Assembly: GCA_947259245.1 (NCBI GenBank)
Contig: CAMYLP010000003.1
Coordinates: forward strand, 27,118 to 91,117
From: an uncultured Patescibacteria group bacterium
Lineage (GTDB): Bacteria; Patescibacteriota; Minisyncoccia; Phycocordibacterales; UBA12088
DNA: 64,000 nucleotides
Reading direction: 5' to 3'
Position numbers and translations under genes: made by a program. Under the pieces are notes generated by a model, which was not told the DNA's origin, ran no database searches, and saw only the letters and a program-made list of their open reading frames with translations. Below, piece after piece: positions 58,777 to 64,000 of the stretch. Every line of letters starts with the position of its first letter. Position 1 is the stretch's first letter.

Positions 58777-59619
58777 TTACTGTTCACCGTGTATGACACC
58801 GAGTCGATCATCTTCTATCTCTATGTACCCCGCCGCGCTGCTCTCAACACACAAGCGCACCAAGTATTGTGTGTTTGAGAGTGCATCCGTCGTTAGTCGG
58901 TAATACTCACGTGGAAGTCGGGCAATAGCCAGCGCAACCGTCTCTGTCTCATATCGGGTCGTCGGCAGCTCAGGAAGTTGTTCGACGGGATTTGTGGTGA
59001 ACGTTGTGCTCTCCAGACTGTACGCAACACCGTACTCGGTCTGCACTCCGTACGATACCACGAGACCTGTTTCCACATCTATCACTGCATGGTCCTGACA
59101 GCCGGTACCGCACTCCCACTCTGCTACGGCAAACTTCCCCGCGAACGTCGGGCCAGCGCGGAGCGCATTACGTAATACTGAGTGCTGCGTGGCTGCTTCC
59201 GGAAAAATTGAAAAGTCGGGCTCTGCTGCCGGCCCACCCTCATAGTACACAAGCTCTGCATCTGTTGATGTTGCGCGTCGACTTTCTTGCCTCTCGAGCA
59301 CCTCATTACAGGTAAGTGGTCGACCCTGCACAGCTCGTATCTCCTCCGCTCGTTTATACACACCACCCACTTCACGCACGGCACCCCACATCCAGACCAC
59401 ATAGTCGCCGGCACAGGTATGCACAAGGCGTCCCATCGGATACCAACGCACAGAGAGCCCCTCTTGCAGAAGTTCATCGTCACTGTCATAGCAAGCACTC
59501 GGAAATGGACCGAATGCCTCAAAGACGGATGCAGCGAGTGCTCCCGATCCGTCGTTGTCCATCCATGGCGCCCAAACAAGAACTGACAGCAGGATTACTA
59601 GTATCAGGGTGCGTATCAT
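58777..59619 (-). CDS. hypothetical secreted protein (280 aa, Cys-containing)
   Basis: Signal peptide MIRTLILVILLSVLVWAPW; no known motif. Confidence 0.45.
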   Translation of the reverse strand: MIRTLILVILLSVLVWAPWMDNDGSGALAASVFEAFGPFPSACYDSDDELLQEGLSVRWYPMGRLVHTCAGDYVVWMWGAVREVGGVYKRAEEIRAVQGRPLTCNEVLERQESRRATSTDAELVYYEGGPAAEPDFSIFPEAATQHSVLRNALRAGPTFAGKFAVAEWECGTGCQDHAVIDVETGLVVSYGVQTEYGVAYSLESTTFTTNPVEQLPELPTTRYETETVALAIARLPREYYRLTTDALSNTQYLVRLCVESSAAGYIEIEDDRLGVIHGEQ

Positions 59620-59668
59620 ATCGACAGTATATCAAAGACAAGTGTCGTGGGGTTTAGACACCTCCGTG

Positions 59669-60574
59669 CTATTCAAAAAGTGCCTCGATGCCGCTTGATG
59701 GAACATCACACAGCACGACCTCATTAATCGGCATGTTGAGCTGCTCTGCCAAGTAGGTTCGTACTTCGAGTTCACCTCCAACCGTATCAACGAGTCCGAT
59801 TTCGCTACCCTGCTCGCCAAGAAACATGCGGCCGTCCGAGATGTCCGCATGCTCCTCAACAGACAGGAGCGGACGCATGTTTGTGATGCGCTTCAGCATG
59901 TAGTCATGGACTGCGTCGACCTGTACCTGTAGGTACTCATGTTCATCTTCGGCGAGCGTGCGGTCGGGGTTACCCGCATCTTTGAACGACCCGCTTGAGA
60001 GGTCGATCCACCGGGAACCCTCTTCCTCATTCGCACCCGCAAGCTCTACATAACTCATGGTGACACCAATGGAACCGACCGCACTTATGGGACTTGCGAC
60101 TATGTGGTCCGTTCCTGCCGCCACCCAGTATGCTGCACTAGCGCCAAGGTCTCGTATCAACGCAACTGTCGGCTTGCTTGTATTTTGCAGTGCACGCGCC
60201 ACGTCATCGGCAGCCACAGGCGTTCCTCCCGGTGAGTCGATGTCGATGACCATCGCGTGCACGGTACTATTCTGCTCTGCGGTTTCTATGGACTTTATGA
60301 GAGAACGCGCTCCGGTCAGCGCTCCGAAGCCAAGTAGTTGTGCAAAACCGTCATCGTTGCTGGTGATGACGCCGTATACCGGAATTGTGGCGATGTTGCA
60401 TGACCTATCTCCCTCACCGTCGAGCATGCTCAGTATGCTCAATAGGACAACGACAAACACCAACCAAAATACTGCTGCGGGGAGCCCTACAAATAGAGCA
60501 AAGACCGCAGTCCCCTTGCGCGACCAAATGCCAGGTTCCATGTGCTGTGTGTGAGATTCTGGTGCAGCTTCCAT
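59669..60574 (-). CDS. sppA: signal peptide peptidase SppA (S49, 36K type)
   Basis: N-terminal TM; ClpP/crotonase-like DSPGGT catalytic Ser context; catalytic Lys region present. Confidence 0.8.
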   Translation of the reverse strand: MEAAPESHTQHMEPGIWSRKGTAVFALFVGLPAAVFWLVFVVVLLSILSMLDGEGDRSCNIATIPVYGVITSNDDGFAQLLGFGALTGARSLIKSIETAEQNSTVHAMVIDIDSPGGTPVAADDVARALQNTSKPTVALIRDLGASAAYWVAAGTDHIVASPISAVGSIGVTMSYVELAGANEEEGSRWIDLSSGSFKDAGNPDRTLAEDEHEYLQVQVDAVHDYMLKRITNMRPLLSVEEHADISDGRMFLGEQGSEIGLVDTVGGELEVRTYLAEQLNMPINEVVLCDVPSSGIEALFE

Positions 60575-60656
60575 GTCATGCTACTATACCATCTATCCGC
60601 TGTTATACAGCGCTCGCGCTCTGACAGTACCATAAGAACCTAACAACACCGTCATC

Positions 60657-62108
60657 ATGCCCACATCATCAAAGAAGAAGCGACTGTTCAGTTGTGTATC
60701 TAAGACCAAGGTCGTTGCAACACTGGGTCCGAGCAGTAACAGCGAAGCGACAATTGAAAAAATGCTACGGGCCGGCATGACCGTCGCCCGCTTCAATATG
60801 AGCCACGGTGATCACGCTACGCACGCTCGAACGATCAGGGCAGCACGTGCGGCATCAAAGCGCGCGGGTATTCCACTCGCTATATTGCAGGACCTTGCGG
60901 GACCAAAAATACGTATCGGTGACCTGTACAAGGAGGAGATCATTCTACGTGATGGAACACGATTTACGTTGACCACAAAGAGGTGCATAGGGACTGAAAC
61001 ACGTGTGCATGTGAGTTATAAGAGGTTACCGAATGAGGTTCGACGTGGAACGTATATATTCGTAAACGACGGTAAGATACAATTGCGCGTGGTCAGAACA
61101 AGTGAGACCGAGGTACATACCGTGGTCGTCAACGGCGGAAGCATACGCGGTAGACGCGGTGTCAACGTTCCTAACTCACACCTATCGGTCCCCGCTCTTA
61201 CCTCGAAAGACAAAAAGGACGTTTTGTTTGGCATAGAACAGGGTGTGGATATTGTCACTCTTTCGTTCGTGCGAACAGCTAGAGATGTCGCACGATTGCG
61301 AGCGATGCTCAAGGACTACCCACACGTAATGGTGGCTGCAAAGATAGAAACGAAGGCCGCGGTTGACAACATAGACGACATAATCGACGCAGCGGACGCG
61401 GTCATGGTGGCACGTGGCGACCTTGCCATAGAGGTTCCCCCAGAGAAGGTACCACTAGTGCAAAAGAGTATAATACGGGCGGCAAACCGAGCGGGTAAAC
61501 CAGTAATAACAGCGACGCAGATGTTGGATAGTATGCGGGTTTCGACTGTACCGACACGGGCGGAGGTAAATGATATCGCAAATGCAATACTTGACGGTAC
61601 AGACGCTGTCATGCTTTCGGATGAGACAGCGGTGGGAGCTCACCCGGCACGGGCAGTCTCTGTTATGGCGCGAGTAGCGCAGGAGATGGAGTCGAGTGAG
61701 CACTTCCGTGAGTTACAGCCGCTGTGGGACTTTAAACCACGCACGCGTTGCGACGCAGTCAGCAGGAGTATCTCGAAAACAGCGTTGGCGTCCGGTGCGC
61801 GAGCAATCGTCGCGTTTTCTGAAAGCGGATATACAGGACGTATGGTCGCGCGGTATAGGCCGCTCGTTCCAATTCTAGTGCTCACGCCGAATAGAGAAAC
61901 CTTCAACAAAAGTCTCCTCACCTATGGGTGTATACCTGTGCTCGTGCGTAGAGTGAAACACCTCACCGACGCACGAAAATGCGCGCATGCGGTGCTGCAC
62001 GACCTCAAGTTGTGTAAAGCGGACGATATCTTTGTCCTTGGTGCCGGCATTCCGTTCGGAGAGCCGGGCAGTACAAACATGATGCTGGTGGAACGACAGA
62101 GGCATTAA
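60657..62108 (+). CDS. pyk: pyruvate kinase
   Basis: KTKVVATLGPSS.., FNMSHGDH, MVARGDLAIE signatures; 483 aa. Confidence 0.95.
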   Translation: MPTSSKKKRLFSCVSKTKVVATLGPSSNSEATIEKMLRAGMTVARFNMSHGDHATHARTIRAARAASKRAGIPLAILQDLAGPKIRIGDLYKEEIILRDGTRFTLTTKRCIGTETRVHVSYKRLPNEVRRGTYIFVNDGKIQLRVVRTSETEVHTVVVNGGSIRGRRGVNVPNSHLSVPALTSKDKKDVLFGIEQGVDIVTLSFVRTARDVARLRAMLKDYPHVMVAAKIETKAAVDNIDDIIDAADAVMVARGDLAIEVPPEKVPLVQKSIIRAANRAGKPVITATQMLDSMRVSTVPTRAEVNDIANAILDGTDAVMLSDETAVGAHPARAVSVMARVAQEMESSEHFRELQPLWDFKPRTRCDAVSRSISKTALASGARAIVAFSESGYTGRMVARYRPLVPILVLTPNRETFNKSLLTYGCIPVLVRRVKHLTDARKCAHAVLHDLKLCKADDIFVLGAGIPFGEPGSTNMMLVERQRH

Positions 62109-62198
62109 TATTACACGACAAATCCTGCGGTGCGTACACCGAACGTGCGCAGTATACTTTTAACAGACGATACTGTCTGAAACAAGTGAGGTGTCATC

Positions 62199-62570
62199 AT
62201 GTACAGCAAGATTCTTGATACACTTTTTCCGTACGGCGCTCCGAGTTTCATCGACGAAACAGATTGGAACATCATGCACACCACCGCAGACCTTATGGGT
62301 GGTAGTCTGAGATTGACAGGCGAATCTCGCAAGATAATCTTGAGTACGTTCGATGTATCTTCCGACCGTGCTTGGTACTGTGAGCAAACTGTGCGTCTCT
62401 TCTTTTCGCTGCTGCAGGAACGTGAACGAGCGTGTCGACAGGTAGAGCAGTTCAAGGATGAGGAAGGTAGCCCCGCACGGACGGCACATACCCTCTTTTG
62501 TTTGACCAGGTCTCAGACCACAGGAGTTCCACCATCATGGCATACGGTGACAATAGGCATATATCACTGA
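62199..62570 (+). CDS. hypothetical protein (123 aa)
   Basis: GAGGTG SD-like 7 nt upstream; no motif recognised. Confidence 0.35.
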   Translation: MYSKILDTLFPYGAPSFIDETDWNIMHTTADLMGGSLRLTGESRKIILSTFDVSSDRAWYCEQTVRLFFSLLQERERACRQVEQFKDEEGSPARTAHTLFCLTRSQTTGVPPSWHTVTIGIYH

Positions 62571-62615
62571 TAGTACCCGCACCACTCCAATAAGACGGCG
62601 CCCACTCGGCGCCGT

Positions 62616-63647
62616 CTATTCTATATACCCACCCGATGTATGCTCCTCTGCGTACAACAACCTCATACGCTCCCAATATTCGGGATGACCATGTACCACC
62701 TTCAACCAGTACCACCATTCTGCACCCCACAGGTATTGAGTCGGTAAGCGCGTCTCTCGTGCGTAGGTAAGAATCTCGTCAACTTGTTCGATACTCATGC
62801 GTGCTAGCTGAAGCTCTATCGGTGCGTCAGTTATTGACGTACTCATCCAGGGCTCAAGCGAGAGCTCGATGAGAAGTGCCTCCTTCTCGCTGAACAAGAG
62901 CTCCATGGCCTTTCGTTTGGCAACGTATACGTCAGGAGGTAGTACAGTTTTAAACGGTCCCGTCTGTTCATTGTAGAGGTAAACATACACGCTCGTGCCA
63001 AAGAGATCCCCACGACGGTATGCGCCGATCCACGTTCCCAGGTTTCCACTATCTGTCACGAGCACCTGACGTGCTGGGTCAAGTTCTTGCACGAGCGCTA
63101 TTTCCTCATCTAAAAACTTCTTGTCAAGATTTCCACAGTGCTCGTATGCAAAAACCGTTAGGAAGGGTTCATTCTCGACCTGCCAGTACACAAGCGTCTC
63201 GTGTTCCCTGTAACGTTCAACTACAACTTGTATGTACGTACGTACGTGTTCCTGCTGTTCCTCCAGGGGTAGGTTGCGCGCCCACTCGGGTACATGGCAT
63301 TCAGGCCATCGCGGTAGCCGCTTCCCAACCGCAAGAATGACATCAACGTCGTTTTCTTCAGCTAATTGCATCTGTCTATCAAGCTCTTCGAAGTTCCAGT
63401 CATTGTCATTCGGTTCCACCATAGGCCAGTGCGCTGCCAGTCGTATGCGCTGGACACCAAGGTCATCTATTATCGCCGTATATACTTCCTCCCAATCGAG
63501 TCCCAACTCCTCGGTATAGAGGGTGTTGAACGATACACCATACTCATAGTGATCAGGATACGGTGTCTGTTTCGCAAAGTACCACAGTATGCCCGCAACT
63601 ATGCAGAGACCAATCAGGATACGAAACACGATGCCAACTAGTTTCAT
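62616..63647 (-). CDS. membrane-anchored glycoside hydrolase, clan GH-A (GH5-like)
   Basis: N-terminal TM; WQVENEP (NEP acid/base motif), TIM-barrel-like length. Confidence 0.6.
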   Translation of the reverse strand: MKLVGIVFRILIGLCIVAGILWYFAKQTPYPDHYEYGVSFNTLYTEELGLDWEEVYTAIIDDLGVQRIRLAAHWPMVEPNDNDWNFEELDRQMQLAEENDVDVILAVGKRLPRWPECHVPEWARNLPLEEQQEHVRTYIQVVVERYREHETLVYWQVENEPFLTVFAYEHCGNLDKKFLDEEIALVQELDPARQVLVTDSGNLGTWIGAYRRGDLFGTSVYVYLYNEQTGPFKTVLPPDVYVAKRKAMELLFSEKEALLIELSLEPWMSTSITDAPIELQLARMSIEQVDEILTYARETRLPTQYLWGAEWWYWLKVVHGHPEYWERMRLLYAEEHTSGGYIE

Positions 63648-63970
63648 ACATCAATGAAGAGGAAGAAGAAGCCGAGGACGATGAGGGGTATCGCAATTCC
63701 TTTTTGCACAATGTCTCGGTACGACACGTTCTCACCCCAATCTTTTGCGATGTACCTGCCACAACATGCACTGAAACCGAGAAGAATCAGGTACTGCAAT
63801 CCACCAAGCGCATTTACCAATGAGACATCACCAAACTCTATCGCCTTCAACAGAAGGATGCTTGCCAACCCCCCGAGAAACTTGTTGCCGAGCAGGAACG
63901 CACCGTCACGTTTTTTAGCAGCGCGGGTGCGAACCATGACCTTTTCATAGTAGTACGGTATGAGCAGCAT
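63644..63970 (-). CDS. hypothetical membrane protein, 5' end may extend beyond the window
   Basis: Three hydrophobic helices; frame is open up to 64000 so the N-terminus may extend beyond the window. Confidence 0.35.
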   Translation of the reverse strand: MLLIPYYYEKVMVRTRAAKKRDGAFLLGNKFLGGLASILLLKAIEFGDVSLVNALGGLQYLILLGFSACCGRYIAKDWGENVSYRDIVQKGIAIPLIVLGFFFLFIDV

Positions 63971-64000
63971 CGAGAGTGCTATCGCGACAATGGCCGCGCG

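Overview
This 64 kb window is a gene-dense, almost entirely housekeeping stretch of a small-genome bacterium with many shortened orthologs. The standard genetic code is used, with no CRISPR arrays or mobile elements. Features such as a sortase, a Gram-positive-style LexA box and weak ribosome-binding sites before core genes fit a reduced Gram-positive-like or Patescibacteria/CPR-like organism; this is inference only.

Genes, in window order:
- rpoC (5' end), rpoB, trmD, a KH-domain protein, rpsP, rnc, a NusB-NUDIX fusion, rpmF, rnhB, dnaE.
- thrS, gyrB, a NUDIX hydrolase, pheT, pheS.
- A GT2 processive glycosyltransferase with a co-translated membrane partner.
- tRNA-Thr, tsf, rpsB, prfA, rpmE, a MltB-like transglycosylase, rplY, a PfkB kinase, tRNA-Val.
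- A receiver domain plus PAS histidine kinase, tRNA-Ala, a D-Ala-D-Ala carboxypeptidase, scpB, scpA, aspS, trpS, a 7TM histidine kinase, a FAR-like reductase plus PlsC.
- dnaJ-dnaK-grpE, an S1 protease, ung, an Excalibur-domain protein.
- A complete SOS/mutagenesis cassette (see below).
- A staphylococcal-type nuclease, an FMN reductase, Bcp, sppA, pyk, a GH-A family hydrolase.

The main findings:
- **SOS/mutagenesis cassette (about 52.1-56.5 kb).** A Cheo-type LexA box lies in the spacer of a consensus promoter, followed by a small ORF, lexA, a large terminator-like hairpin, a DnaQ-exonuclease/GIY-YIG (Cho-like) fusion, an S24-fold UmuD'-like protein that lacks both catalytic residues, and a Y-family polymerase.
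- **NusB-NUDIX fusion** next to rnc.
- **Sortase operon (14.1-18.3 kb).** It is driven from a 32-bp perfect palindrome carrying divergent -35 boxes. One member, a membrane protein, has a sorting-signal-like VPYTG+TM+R segment in the middle of the protein. The upstream secreted ORF overlaps it out of frame.
- **GT2 glycosyltransferase with a co-translated membrane partner**, reminiscent of a synthase-subunit pair.
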